A stretch of DNA of 43,826 nucleotides from a virus (IMGVR_UViG_3300028586_000767:1-43826), one strand, 5' to 3'; counted from the first letter of the stretch, positions 35,878 to 43,826 are shown. The notes: generated by a model from the sequence alone, not told the origin. Program-made: numbers and translations.

Positions 35878-36036
35878 GCGGCGGATACACTATCCGCCGC
35901 AGGCTTCCGAATGCCGCAGTTTTGCGACGTTTCCGGTGTCGCGCGGGGGCGATGTACCCCGTCGATACCCCTGACCACCAGCCGCGGTCAGTCACCCCCC
36001 GTCGCCATCTTCCGCCAGGACCGAACCAATACCCCG
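35878..36036 (+). repeat. att-like site C: core CGGCGGA-TACACTA-TCCGCCG plus GTACCCCG, GATACCCC, ATACCCCG arm-like repeats
   Basis: Core 35879-35899; arm motifs at 35954, 35964, 36029; same motif set and orientation as sites A and B. Confidence 0.65.
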
Positions 36037-36172
36037 ACCCAGACGCGATATCGATTTTTTAAGTCGAGAATGGATCATTTCTCAAGGCGCATACCACAGC
36101 AACCTGACGCGATGAGCTTGCACCGATCACTTTCAACGCCCTATGCGCACGGAAGTCTAACGGGGGTAAAAC

Positions 36173-37585
36173 ATGATAAAATTGAAAAAGCTTGGCTTGG
36201 CAGGAAGTATAACATTGGCTGTTCTGCTTACGGCATGTGGTGATGAAGAAGGTTCCAGCAGCGGAAATATCCCGGTTGTTACCGCACCTACGCCTACGCC
36301 CACTCCAACCCCCACTCCTACTCCAGCGCCAACGCCGACCAACACGGCGCCGGTCGCCAACCCCGGCCCCAATCAAAACGTACTGACCAAGACGTCTGTG
36401 ACGCTGGACGCCAGTGCTAGCGTCGATGCGAATGGCGACACGCTGACATACAAATGGGCGTTCAAGTCGCGCCCCTCGAGCAGCGCTGCGGCCCTGTCCT
36501 CCGTAACGGATGCAAAACCGACGTTCATGGCGGATGTAGCCGGGACGTATGTCGTGACCTTGATCGTTAACGACGGCAAGATTGATAGTGCGCCGGTCGA
36601 TGTCACGATTACGGCGACGGTCGCTAACGCAGCTCCCGTCGCCAATGCTGGCCCTGATCAGAATGTCAAAAATGGTATTCTGGTAACTCTTGATGGCAGC
36701 GCAAGCACCGATGCGAACGGCGATGCGCTTACCTATCAGTGGACGATGGACGGCCGTCCATCGGGAAGTACGGCAACCTTGTCGTCCTCTACTGTCGCAA
36801 AGCCGACATTTGTTCCCGACGTTGCCGGAAATTATACCCTGTCGCTTATCGTTAGCGATGGCTCGCTAAAGAGCGTGGCCGATAGCGTTACGATCACGTC
36901 GAGCAGGGCGAACGCTGTGCCTGTCGCTAATGCCGGTAAGGATCAGAATGTCCCTACACGGTCGACCGTTACTTTGGACGGACGGAGTAGCAGCGACGCT
37001 GATGGCGATACGTTGAAATATGATTGGAATTTGACGTCGAAGCCGGCTGGTAGTGCTGCGTCATTATCGACGAACACGGAATCGGTTACCAAATTCAACC
37101 CTGATGTGGCCGGCACCTATGTCGCTACGCTGATCGTCAACGACGGCACTGTGAATAGCGCGCCCGCCACTGTTGCAATTACGGCGGTAGCTCCCTCTTT
37201 GATGCTGTATCGAATTGATGAATTCACGGGTCAGCAAGAGCTTCTGAAGCTGCCTTACACGACGTCTGCATCGGTTCAGAAGTCGCAGACTTGTGCCGGG
37301 ACAGGCTGCCCAACGACCGTAACCATCGACAAATTCAAATTTGCCGCCACCGGTGGTAGCTTTACGATCCAGAATCTCACAGCTGCCAATCTGACGGCTG
37401 GTTCTAATGTTGCTGTATCATTCGCGGGTCTAACCAATGGTACGGTGGTATCAAATGGCCAAACGCTCAGCTTCAGTCTGCAATCAGACTTTACGCGCAA
37501 TCAAAGCGTCAATCTGCGCTATGAGTTTACCATAAAAGAGACGGGCGATAAGTTTTCTTATACAGTGGAACTCAAAACTAACTGA
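36173..37585 (+). CDS. Lipoprotein with (TP)n linker and three tandem PKD/Ig-like domains (moron)
   Basis: Lipobox LTAC; three repeats N..PVAN.G..QNV....VTLD...S.DA.GD.L.Y.W...P.GS. Confidence 0.85.
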   Translation: MIKLKKLGLAGSITLAVLLTACGDEEGSSSGNIPVVTAPTPTPTPTPTPTPAPTPTNTAPVANPGPNQNVLTKTSVTLDASASVDANGDTLTYKWAFKSRPSSSAAALSSVTDAKPTFMADVAGTYVVTLIVNDGKIDSAPVDVTITATVANAAPVANAGPDQNVKNGILVTLDGSASTDANGDALTYQWTMDGRPSGSTATLSSSTVAKPTFVPDVAGNYTLSLIVSDGSLKSVADSVTITSSRANAVPVANAGKDQNVPTRSTVTLDGRSSSDADGDTLKYDWNLTSKPAGSAASLSTNTESVTKFNPDVAGTYVATLIVNDGTVNSAPATVAITAVAPSLMLYRIDEFTGQQELLKLPYTTSASVQKSQTCAGTGCPTTVTIDKFKFAATGGSFTIQNLTAANLTAGSNVAVSFAGLTNGTVVSNGQTLSFSLQSDFTRNQSVNLRYEFTIKETGDKFSYTVELKTN

Positions 37586-37604
37586 TGGACGTATATCACT
37601 TGGG

Positions 37605-37635
37605 GTTAAGGCGGGGCTATCCCGCCTTAACTTTA
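37605..37635 (+). terminator. Probable intrinsic terminator of the lipoprotein gene
   Basis: GTTAAGGCGGG-GCTAT-CCCGCCTTAAC then TTTAT, about 20 bp after the stop. Confidence 0.6.
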
Positions 37636-37779
37636 TATCGGGCGAAACATCTTTTCCGTTAGGATGCGCCCCCTCATTTTGAACCAATCTCCAAATGATC
37701 CGTTCGCGATGCACCCTAATTTGCGTACGTGATCGACAATACGGCCCCTGCTTCGAGCGGCAGTGGAGCCTCAATATCT

Positions 37780-38070
37780 ATGAACGAACCGATTTTTCGA
37801 AGTACGCCGGGATGCGCCGAAGGGTGTCAGCCTTGTGAGATTATGTGCGCGGTGCTGGCGGGGACGACCGAGGATCTCTGTCAGGAGGTCGAGGACCTGC
37901 GCCATCGCCAGGCGCAATGTCCGACGCGTCAGGGGGCAGAAGATCTACGAGCTGCGACAGAGCTTTGGGCAGCCGCTTGGCGAGAATTCGCGCGAAGTCG
38001 GCCACGGGCATCGCGCGATCAAGCGGGCGCAACAGCCCCTCGTACATCCGGGCGAGCGCGGCTTCACTAG
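37780..38070 (+). CDS. Possible Cys-rich small protein antisense to the 3' half of cI
   Basis: GGAG upstream of ATG; C-x3-C-x2-C-x3-C motif then helical segment; could be a shadow ORF. Confidence 0.4.
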   Translation: MNEPIFRSTPGCAEGCQPCEIMCAVLAGTTEDLCQEVEDLRHRQAQCPTRQGAEDLRAATELWAAAWREFARSRPRASRDQAGATAPRTSGRARLH

Positions 38071-38338
38071 GTAGACAAACCTGCATCGTGGCGAATTGAA
38101 CGGTCGGTGCCGGAGGAGGGGGTGAAGCCCCCTCACTTGGGTCGTCTGTTTCGCCAGAGAGATATGCCGGGGTAGTGCCCAACTCACGAGCAATCAGGTG
38201 AAGCTTGGTCGATCCTTTTTTCGCGGAATGCAAAAGCTTGTAGATCGTTGGTTGAGCGACACCGACGCGCCGCGCGAGCTCCGATTGAGACAATCCGAGC
38301 TTATCCATGCGCTCGCGTACTCTGTCACTGACGATCAT
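37841..38338 (-). CDS. CI-like Xre-family repressor (no S24 peptidase domain)
   Basis: LSQSELARRVGVAQPTIYKL HTH; divergent from cro. Confidence 0.85.
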   Translation of the reverse strand: MIVSDRVRERMDKLGLSQSELARRVGVAQPTIYKLLHSAKKGSTKLHLIARELGTTPAYLSGETDDPSEGASPPPPAPTVQFATMQVCLPSEAALARMYEGLLRPLDRAMPVADFARILAKRLPKALSQLVDLLPPDASDIAPGDGAGPRPPDRDPRSSPPAPRT

Positions 38339-38349
38339 GTGAAGAAAGT

Positions 38350-38411
38350 ATAGCTCCGGGTATTGACGGCCACACACGTCTGGGTTTAGCTAGATCCATA
38401 CCTAAAGCTAT
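38350..38411. promoter_or_regulatory. cI/cro operator region with two 14-bp imperfect palindromes and a TTGACG -35
   Basis: ATAGCT-CC-GGGTAT (38350-38363), ATACCT-AA-AGCTAT (38398-38411); TTGACG at 38363. Confidence 0.6.
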
Positions 38412-38431
38412 AGAAACGAATCAGCAGAAAA

Positions 38432-38713
38432 ATGCCGGCCAGCACGCCAATCCAGATCTCTACCCACGATGCTCTGCGTCGTGCGGTCGATCTTGTTGGC
38501 TCCCAGGCCGCAGTTGCTCGATTGTTGGGAGTTTCGCAGCCATCGGTGTGGAAGTGGCTGGCCAAGAAAAAGCCACTGCCCGCCGAGCATGTTCTCGCCA
38601 TCGAGGCCGCAACCGGCGTGCCTAAGGAGCAGCTCCGCCCTGACATCTACAGGCCCGAGGACACGACGGGTCAACCCGCCGTCCCCGTCGGCAAGATGGA
38701 GGGCGCACGATGA
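38432..38713 (+). CDS. Cro/YdaS-like repressor
   Basis: GSQAAVARLLGVSQPSVWKW..LPAEHVLAIE.ATGV....LRPDIY. Confidence 0.88.
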   Translation: MPASTPIQISTHDALRRAVDLVGSQAAVARLLGVSQPSVWKWLAKKKPLPAEHVLAIEAATGVPKEQLRPDIYRPEDTTGQPAVPVGKMEGAR

Positions 38714-38961
38714 CGGCTCCCTCAACAGTTTCTCTCGGTCGCCGCGTTGGCGACGAGCGTCGACGGCCTTCCCTCCCCCAAGTGTCGTCGACGTCACCAA
38801 TCCACCCTTTCGGCCGCTGGCAGACCGGTCGAAACCCTCGCGCTGGGTCTCTCGATGTCGGCGTGCGTGCCCCCTGTCTGCTGCCACCCAAGCCGTATGC
38901 GACAACTGGCGACGATCGTATGCAACGATCGTCGCCCCTTTTTGCGGCAGGCAGGTCATGA
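38710..38961 (+). CDS. Hypothetical protein
   Basis: ATGA coupling at both ends; weak composition. Confidence 0.4.
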   Translation: MTAPSTVSLGRRVGDERRRPSLPQVSSTSPIHPFGRWQTGRNPRAGSLDVGVRAPCLLPPKPYATTGDDRMQRSSPLFAAGRS

Positions 38962-39449
38962 CGAAAACGCGCGACGCCGTGTCAATCGAGAACACCCTGT
39001 ACCGCGTGCTGGGTGAGATCACGATCGAACGCGCAGCCGAGGTCACGGGCAAAAGCCTGAGCTACCTCCGGTCACTGACCGATCCGGACAAGCGCGAGCG
39101 CCTGACGATCGAGGATTCGCGGATCCTGGACCTCGAGTATCGTGCCCAGGGAAAATGCGGTTATCCGTTGCTCGATACGCAGATCCGCATGATGGAGTCG
39201 GCCGAGAACGATCGGTTCGCCGAGGAGCATGCCTTCGGCCAGCTCGCTTGCGACTACGTCAAGGAGAGCGGCGAAGCGTCGGCCGCGCTGGTGGCCGCAA
39301 TGCTCCCCGGCGCGACGATCCAGTGCCTAGAAGCCGCGTTGCGCGAGCTCGAGCACGCGGACATCGCTGCGGCACCAACGATCGCCAACCTGCAGGCACG
39401 GATCAAGCGTGCTCGTGACGGACCGTCGCTCCACCCTCCCGACGGCTGA
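38958..39449 (+). CDS. CII-like regulatory protein
   Basis: N-terminal HTH (ERAAEVTGKSLSYLR), KESGEA..AL helical C terminus; position after cro. Confidence 0.6.
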   Translation: MTKTRDAVSIENTLYRVLGEITIERAAEVTGKSLSYLRSLTDPDKRERLTIEDSRILDLEYRAQGKCGYPLLDTQIRMMESAENDRFAEEHAFGQLACDYVKESGEASAALVAAMLPGATIQCLEAALRELEHADIAAAPTIANLQARIKRARDGPSLHPPDG

Positions 39450-39540
39450 CGCCGCCTAACCCGCAGACATCATCGCAAACACCGCCGCCCGCCGATCACA
39501 CGATCGGCGGGGCGGTAAACTGCTGCCTGGATCATTCGCC

Positions 39541-39738
39541 ATGCCCGAACTACGCCAAGCCCTCACCGACATCTCCCAAGCGCTGAACGAGCAGTACGAC
39601 GCGATCGTCTCGCTGAGCGGACCGCGCGACGTGCGCCTGGTCAACGCTGCCCGATTCCTGTGCGACGCGATCGACCTGCTCGACGTCGCCGCGCAGGCGC
39701 CGATCGGCGCCGACAACGACAACCTGGTGCCGGCATGA
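39541..39738 (+). CDS. Hypothetical protein
   Basis: 65 aa, ATGA-coupled to next gene. Confidence 0.55.
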   Translation: MPELRQALTDISQALNEQYDAIVSLSGPRDVRLVNAARFLCDAIDLLDVAAQAPIGADNDNLVPA

Positions 39739-40202
39739 CGCTAAACCCAGGTCCACGAAGCCAAGCCCTCTCGAACCTATCCTCCAAGCTGCGCGAACTG
39801 GTACCGGCGATGCAGGCGCTTAGCGAACCGAGCGATCGCAACCTGCCCTTGGCTATGCGTCAGCTCCTCGACGCGATCGATCGCGTCGACGTGGCGGCCG
39901 GCGACGATGCGCCCGGGAGTCCCCGAACGTGCATCCGCCTTCGGCGCGAGGAACTTGGCCTGACGGTCGAGCAGGTCGCGCTGCAGCTGGAGACCGATCC
40001 AGGTGTCTGCGCCCAACGGCGCGGGGCCTGGTTGATCGACATTGAGGCCGATGCCGTAGCGATTTCGGATCGCACCGCCTTGGTGCTGCACGATGTCCTC
40101 GGCGTCGACCTGCGCGTCTTGGCGCACTGGATAGCTGTCGCTGAGGCCGCCAAGCACAGCGCCGGCGACACGTCGATCGCAACCGCGGCGCAGGCGGCAT
40201 GA
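39735..40202 (+). CDS. Xre-type HTH protein
   Basis: IRLRREELGLTVEQVA motif. Confidence 0.65.
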   Translation: MTLNPGPRSQALSNLSSKLRELVPAMQALSEPSDRNLPLAMRQLLDAIDRVDVAAGDDAPGSPRTCIRLRREELGLTVEQVALQLETDPGVCAQRRGAWLIDIEADAVAISDRTALVLHDVLGVDLRVLAHWIAVAEAAKHSAGDTSIATAAQAA

Positions 40203-40384
40203 ACGGCCTCCGCACCATCAACGCGATGCTCGCTGCCATCGGCGGGTTGGCATTCGCTCTGATCGTCTGCGGCGCGCCGAGCCGCGCAGTCACCGCCCTC
40301 ATCGCCATCGCCTTCATTCCGTTGGCGTGGAGCCTCGAGAAGCTCCGCGTCGCCATCCTTTCCCGTCCGGAGAACAGGTCATGA
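40199..40384 (+). CDS. Small two-TM membrane protein
   Basis: Hydrophobic; ATGA coupling. Confidence 0.6.
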   Translation: MNGLRTINAMLAAIGGLAFALIVCGAPSRAVTALIAIAFIPLAWSLEKLRVAILSRPENRS

Positions 40385-40629
40385 GCCGTCCAGCAAAGAT
40401 CGAGCGCGCATACCGTCTGCGCGCACCCCACCTGCGCCTCGTCGATATCCATCGGTACGATTGCGACTGCGACGTCTGCGCGCCCTACGTGCCGAGTGAT
40501 CCCGATCGCCTGACGTTAAAGCACATTGGCATGCTGGCGTGTGCCGGCGCGTTCGTCGGATCCGCGATCATGTTCGCCTACGATCCCCACGGCGCCGCTG
40601 CCGCGCTCCTCGCAACGATCGGATTCTGA
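40381..40629 (+). CDS. Small membrane protein with H...CDCDVC motif
   Basis: GGAG RBS; ATGA coupling; C-terminal TM. Confidence 0.6.
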   Translation: MSRPAKIERAYRLRAPHLRLVDIHRYDCDCDVCAPYVPSDPDRLTLKHIGMLACAGAFVGSAIMFAYDPHGAAAALLATIGF

Positions 40630-40630
40630 C

Positions 40631-40897
40631 ATGGCTGATGAACGCCAGCACGGCATGGGCGGTGGCGCTGTCGCCGCAGACGAACTGCGCCTCCTGATCG
40701 AGCGCGCCGAACGCCTCGAGGAGGAAAAGAAGGGCATCGCCGACGACATCGCGGACGTGATGGCGGAGGCCAAAGGGCGTGGATACGACCCGAAGGCAAT
40801 CCGCAAAATCCTGTCGATCCGGAAGAAGAAGAAGGAAGAGTACCAGGAGGAGGAAGCAATCCTCGAGGTCTATCTCCAAGCGTTGGGGATGATCTGA
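40631..40897 (+). CDS. gapR: GapR/DUF2312-family nucleoid-associated protein
   Basis: [44 protein letters not shown]...[13 protein letters not shown]. Confidence 0.92.
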   Translation: MADERQHGMGGGAVAADELRLLIERAERLEEEKKGIADDIADVMAEAKGRGYDPKAIRKILSIRKKKKEEYQEEEAILEVYLQALGMI

Positions 40898-41055
40898 TGA
40901 TCCCGCTGTTCTGGCTGATCGTCGGCAGCGCTGCCGGCGTCGCGACCGTCGGCGTCCTCGGGCTGGCGGCGTTCGCGGTACGCCAATGGAAGCGGTCGGC
41001 GGTCTCGATTGCCGAACAGCGCCATCGCATCCTCTCAACTCGGGCGGACGGCTGA
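40897..41055 (+). CDS. 52-aa single-TM protein (not in ORF track)
   Basis: TGATG coupling at both ends; [28 protein letters not shown]... Confidence 0.6.
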   Translation: MIPLFWLIVGSAAGVATVGVLGLAAFAVRQWKRSAVSIAEQRHRILSTRADG

Positions 41056-41927
41056 TGGCCGAGAACAGCGCGATCGAATGGACCGACCACACCTTCAATC
41101 CGTGGATCGGCTGCACCAAAGTCGGCCCCGGCTGTGAGCACTGCTACGCCGAGATCCTTGCCACTACGCGCCTCGCCGTCGAATGGGGCCCTGGTGCGCC
41201 ACGTCGACACACGGCCGCGTCGACGTGGCAGCAGCCGCGGCGGTGGGACCGCAAGGCTGCCGCGGCCGGCATCCGCCAGCGCGTATTTTGCGCGAGCCTT
41301 GCCGACGTGTTCGACACCGAGGTTCCGATCGCATGGCGGATCGAACTGTTCCAGCTGATCCAGGAGACACCCAACCTCGATTGGCTGCTCGTCACGAAGC
41401 GCATCGGTAACGCGCAGCGCATGGCAGATCTCGCGGGCGGTTGGCCTGAGAACGTTTGGCTCGGCGCGACGATCGTCAATCAGGACGAGGCCGATCGCGA
41501 CGTTCCGAAGCTGCTCGCGATCGAAGGGCCGCGCTTCCGGTTTCTGTCGATGGAGCCCCTCCTCGGTCCCGTTGATCTAACGATGCTGCATTATGACGGC
41601 ATCACGAACGTCAACGCGCTGACCGGGGATCATGGGCTTTCGATCCCGATGATGGGGCGCGGTCGCGGACTCGACTGGATCATAGTCGGCGGTGAAAGCG
41701 GGAAGGAGGCCCGCACGATGCATCCCGACTGGGTGACTGCACTTCGCGATCAGTGCGAGACGGCGAGCGTTGCGTTCCTATTCAAGCAGTGGGGCGAACA
41801 TCTCCCCGTCCTAGATGAAGGTGACGCCGTCCGCGCGCCTCAGATGACTTTCCAGCGCGTCGGAAAAAGGAATGCGGGACGCCGGCTTCACGGTGTGACG
41901 CACGACGGATCGCCGGTGAACCTGTGA
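41055..41927 (+). CDS. Phage Gp37/Gp68 (DUF5131) family protein
   Basis: IEWTDHTFNPWIGCTKVGPGCEHCYA, VFCASLADVF, LVTKR, FLSMEPLLGP, WIIVGGESG, FKQWG. Confidence 0.92.
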   Translation: MAENSAIEWTDHTFNPWIGCTKVGPGCEHCYAEILATTRLAVEWGPGAPRRHTAASTWQQPRRWDRKAAAAGIRQRVFCASLADVFDTEVPIAWRIELFQLIQETPNLDWLLVTKRIGNAQRMADLAGGWPENVWLGATIVNQDEADRDVPKLLAIEGPRFRFLSMEPLLGPVDLTMLHYDGITNVNALTGDHGLSIPMMGRGRGLDWIIVGGESGKEARTMHPDWVTALRDQCETASVAFLFKQWGEHLPVLDEGDAVRAPQMTFQRVGKRNAGRRLHGVTHDGSPVNL

Positions 41928-41928
41928 C

Positions 41929-42117
41929 GTGGGCGACGTTGCGATTACATACGGTGACCGCGCGCTTTTCCAGGGCCTCGGCCGCGCTGGAAAGCAGTGC
42001 GACGTTCTTGCCGTCCGGAAGGCGTTCGCCTCGGTTCGCTTTGATGACGGGCAAGCAGTCCTCTGCCTCGCAAAGGATTTGTACCCCGTTCCTCGTCGTC
42101 CCCCGCCGATGTTCTAG
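41929..42117 (+). CDS. Small beta-rich hypothetical protein
   Basis: 62 aa in operon, SH3-like pattern. Confidence 0.5.
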   Translation: MGDVAITYGDRALFQGLGRAGKQCDVLAVRKAFASVRFDDGQAVLCLAKDLYPVPRRPPPMF

Positions 42118-42188
42118 CTCGCGATGACGCGCTCCGCATTTGCCGTCCCCTACGCCCCCCTCACCACTGACGATCGTGAGACAGCCAA

Positions 42189-42812
42189 ATGAGCACCGAA
42201 CCACGTATCGAGCCGGGCCACCCCCTGGCCTGGCCGACCGGCCGGCCGCGCACGTCGTCGCCGAAGCCAGCGCTATTCCGCAACGGTGGTAGCCGGATGA
42301 CGCTGACAACCGGTCGTGCGCGACTTCGCGAGCAGATCGGCATGCTCACCAAGCACGGTCAGGACTGGCGCGTGCTCGACATGGTGCTGTCGACCAACAT
42401 CCGCTTCACCGCGTCTGGCAGCCGCGATCAGAATGTCAGCCGCCGCGATCCCGACGATGCCGGCGTCGCGTTCTATTTCACGCTCGATAAGCGGCCGCAC
42501 GTATTGGCCTGCGATAGGTGGGATACCGTCGCCGACAACATCGCCGCGATCGCCGCGCATGTTGAGGCGCTACGCGGTCAGGAGCGCTGGGGCGTCGCTG
42601 ACCTGCGCCAAGCATTCGCCGGCCACACCATGTTGCCGGCGCCAGCAACATGGTCGGCCGTGCTGGGCGTCTCACGCGATGCTGACCGGGCGGAGATCGA
42701 CCGCGCGTACCGCGCGCTGGCGAAGACCGCCCACCCGAACGCTGGCGGTGATCGCGCGACGTGGGATCGCCTCAGCCAAGCCTACGAACAAGCAAAACAG
42801 GGGACATTGTGA
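42189..42812 (+). CDS. Phage protein with C-terminal J-domain-like region (HPN variant)
   Basis: PLAWP.G.PRT, D.GVA.YF, ACDRW..V.DN..AI; W..VLGV...I..AYR.LAK.AHPNAGG. Confidence 0.85.
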   Translation: MSTEPRIEPGHPLAWPTGRPRTSSPKPALFRNGGSRMTLTTGRARLREQIGMLTKHGQDWRVLDMVLSTNIRFTASGSRDQNVSRRDPDDAGVAFYFTLDKRPHVLACDRWDTVADNIAAIAAHVEALRGQERWGVADLRQAFAGHTMLPAPATWSAVLGVSRDADRAEIDRAYRALAKTAHPNAGGDRATWDRLSQAYEQAKQGTL

Positions 42813-43072
42813 TGCCGGGATCTACCGCGCAGCGGGAGCGCCGTACCTTGGCGCAGAGCAAGCAGCTCGGCGTGCCCAGCGCACGCGGCCGCTTCCTCCG
42901 TCTTGATGACATGATCGCATCGACTGGCTTGAGCGAATCGACGATCCGCCGGCGTGTACGCGAAGGCGAAATGCCGAAGCCAACTGCCCTGACGAAAAGG
43001 TGTGTGGGGTGGTGGGAAAGCGACTTCGCAGCGTGGGCAAGCGAACACCGGGCAACCCAAACCGCTGATTGA
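42812..43072 (+). CDS. AlpA-family excisionase/recombination directionality factor
   Basis: FLRL......TGLSESTIRRRVREGEMPKP..L..RCVGW.ESD; adjacent to attR. Confidence 0.88.
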   Translation: MPGSTAQRERRTLAQSKQLGVPSARGRFLRLDDMIASTGLSESTIRRRVREGEMPKPTALTKRCVGWWESDFAAWASEHRATQTAD

Positions 43073-43104
43073 GCCCCCGAACGAGGGGGCATTTCTGGGG
43101 GCAT
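43073..43104. repeat. Integrase arm-type repeats of attR (GGGGGCAT x2, inverted GCCCCC)
   Basis: GGGGGCAT at 43085 and 43097, about 60 bp from the core. Confidence 0.65.
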
Positions 43105-43166
43105 CCTCCCCAATCAAAGATCAGTTTTCAGCGTAATTCCGGGACTTTAGCTATGCGTAACCCATC

Positions 43167-43182
43167 CCTGCAACCGGCACCA
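43167..43182 (+). other. attR core: duplicated tRNA 3' end CCTGCAACCGGCACCA (probably tRNA-Thr)
   Basis: T-stem 3' strand CCTGC + acceptor strand AACCGGC + A + CCA, matching GCCGGTT-starting tRNA-Thr; no 5' half present. Confidence 0.75.
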
Positions 43183-43207
43183 CTTTTCACCACCATTGAA
43201 CGGACAG

Positions 43208-43261
43208 TCGAAACTCTTCGACGGACACGGCCTATATCTCAAGGCCCTGAAGCCAAGCGCC
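43208..43261 (+). pseudogene. Remnant of an int1-like integrase 5' end outside attR
   Basis: Translates SKLFDGHGLYLKALKPSA versus int1 SKLFDGHGLYLEILKSGA. Confidence 0.8.
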
Positions 43262-43541
43262 AAAGCGCCCGCCCCGCTTAGTCTAACGAAGGGTTCGCCC
43301 GTCGAAGACAATATGGTTGCGCCGGAATCTTGCGCGCGTTGACATTACGGCGTCGGTCCACGATGGTATTTTCATGTACGCACCTGCGACACATAAGCGG
43401 TTTCGCGACCACGCTGGCCAACTCGCCGCACGCGGTTAGCCCGAGCTCGCGGCCAATGCCGCTGGAGTTCGGGCTTTATTCGATCTGACCTTTGGGACGC
43501 GTGCTGCGCGCCCATGATCTCGAATGTGCGGAAACCGTAAA

Positions 43542-43826
43542 ATGGCCGACAATATCTCGAAATCCGACGATCCTTCTGCGAACGACCATAAGCCACAGGT
43601 TCGCAGCCCGTCGCCCCAGCCTTTTCTGCGAATGCGCCCCAAACACTTCTTCTCGAACAAATTCGACATGGAAATCGTCGAGGACTATTCGAAAGCCGAT
43701 GCTGCGGGCGTGCCGGAGGGAAAGCGGAACTGGCTCGGTAGACTTATGGAGCTGAACCTTCTGCTTCTGATCCTTTTGATCGGCGTGCCGGTGCTGGTGT
43801 ATTGCATCCTGTCCTCGGCGGCCTGA
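43542..43826 (+). CDS. Hypothetical protein with C-terminal TM (host side)
   Basis: 94 aa; hydrophobic C terminus. Confidence 0.55.
   Translation: MADNISKSDDPSANDHKPQVRSPSPQPFLRMRPKHFFSNKFDMEIVEDYSKADAAGVPEGKRNWLGRLMELNLLLLILLIGVPVLVYCILSSAA

Larger units (their letters stand above)
1..43182. mobile_element. Temperate prophage (HK97-like head, long non-contractile tail), integrated at a tRNA-Thr 3' end; left boundary lies upstream of the window
   Basis: Integrase at the left end, complete lysis/tail/head/terminase modules, cI/cro switch, AlpA and a tRNA 3'-end duplication at the right end. Confidence 0.93.

Noticed and set aside
37605-37631. Fourth att-like core (resembles site A: GTTA.GGCGG...CCGCC.TAAC)
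   Set aside because: Spacer is 2 bp shorter, no TACCCC arms nearby, and position plus T-tract fit a terminator
39481-39516. Hairpin between the cII-like gene and the next ORF as an ncRNA
   Set aside because: Single bulged stem-loop with no further structure; at most a weak terminator or processing site
43100-43182. Complete tRNA gene
   Set aside because: Only the 3' 16 nt match; upstream sequence cannot form D, anticodon or T arms
43339-43372. Sigma70 promoter from TTGACA
   Set aside because: No convincing -10 element at 16-18 bp spacing

Overview
The window is almost entirely one apparently intact temperate siphovirus-type prophage (about 1-43182) in a GC-rich alphaproteobacterium, probably Sphingomonadaceae (inferred from the GapR homolog, a GAAC-N7-GAAY SOS box and the tRNA-Thr 3' end). 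It starts at a P4-type tyrosine integrase and ends at an attR matching a tRNA-Thr 3' end; attL and the intact tRNA lie upstream, outside the window. Order: int1, HTH replication initiator, a second paralogous integrase (int2), a repeat-punctuated ~2 kb cassette region, then on the minus strand secreted SGNH esterase, lysis, tail, head and terminase genes and late regulators. These are followed by an AT-richer accessory block (GIY-YIG protein, membrane protein, PKD lipoprotein), the cI/cro switch, an early operon ending in AlpA, and attR. The most unusual signal is three same-orientation att-like sites (core CGGCGGA-N7-TCCGCCG plus (A/G)TACCCC arm-like repeats) with three different 7-bp spacers. 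Two of them exactly bracket the cassette region next to int2, and the third sits in the second accessory block. This suggests int2 acts as an internal cargo-exchange recombinase, which is a hypothesis and has not been demonstrated. All calls are from reading the sequence; no searches were run.
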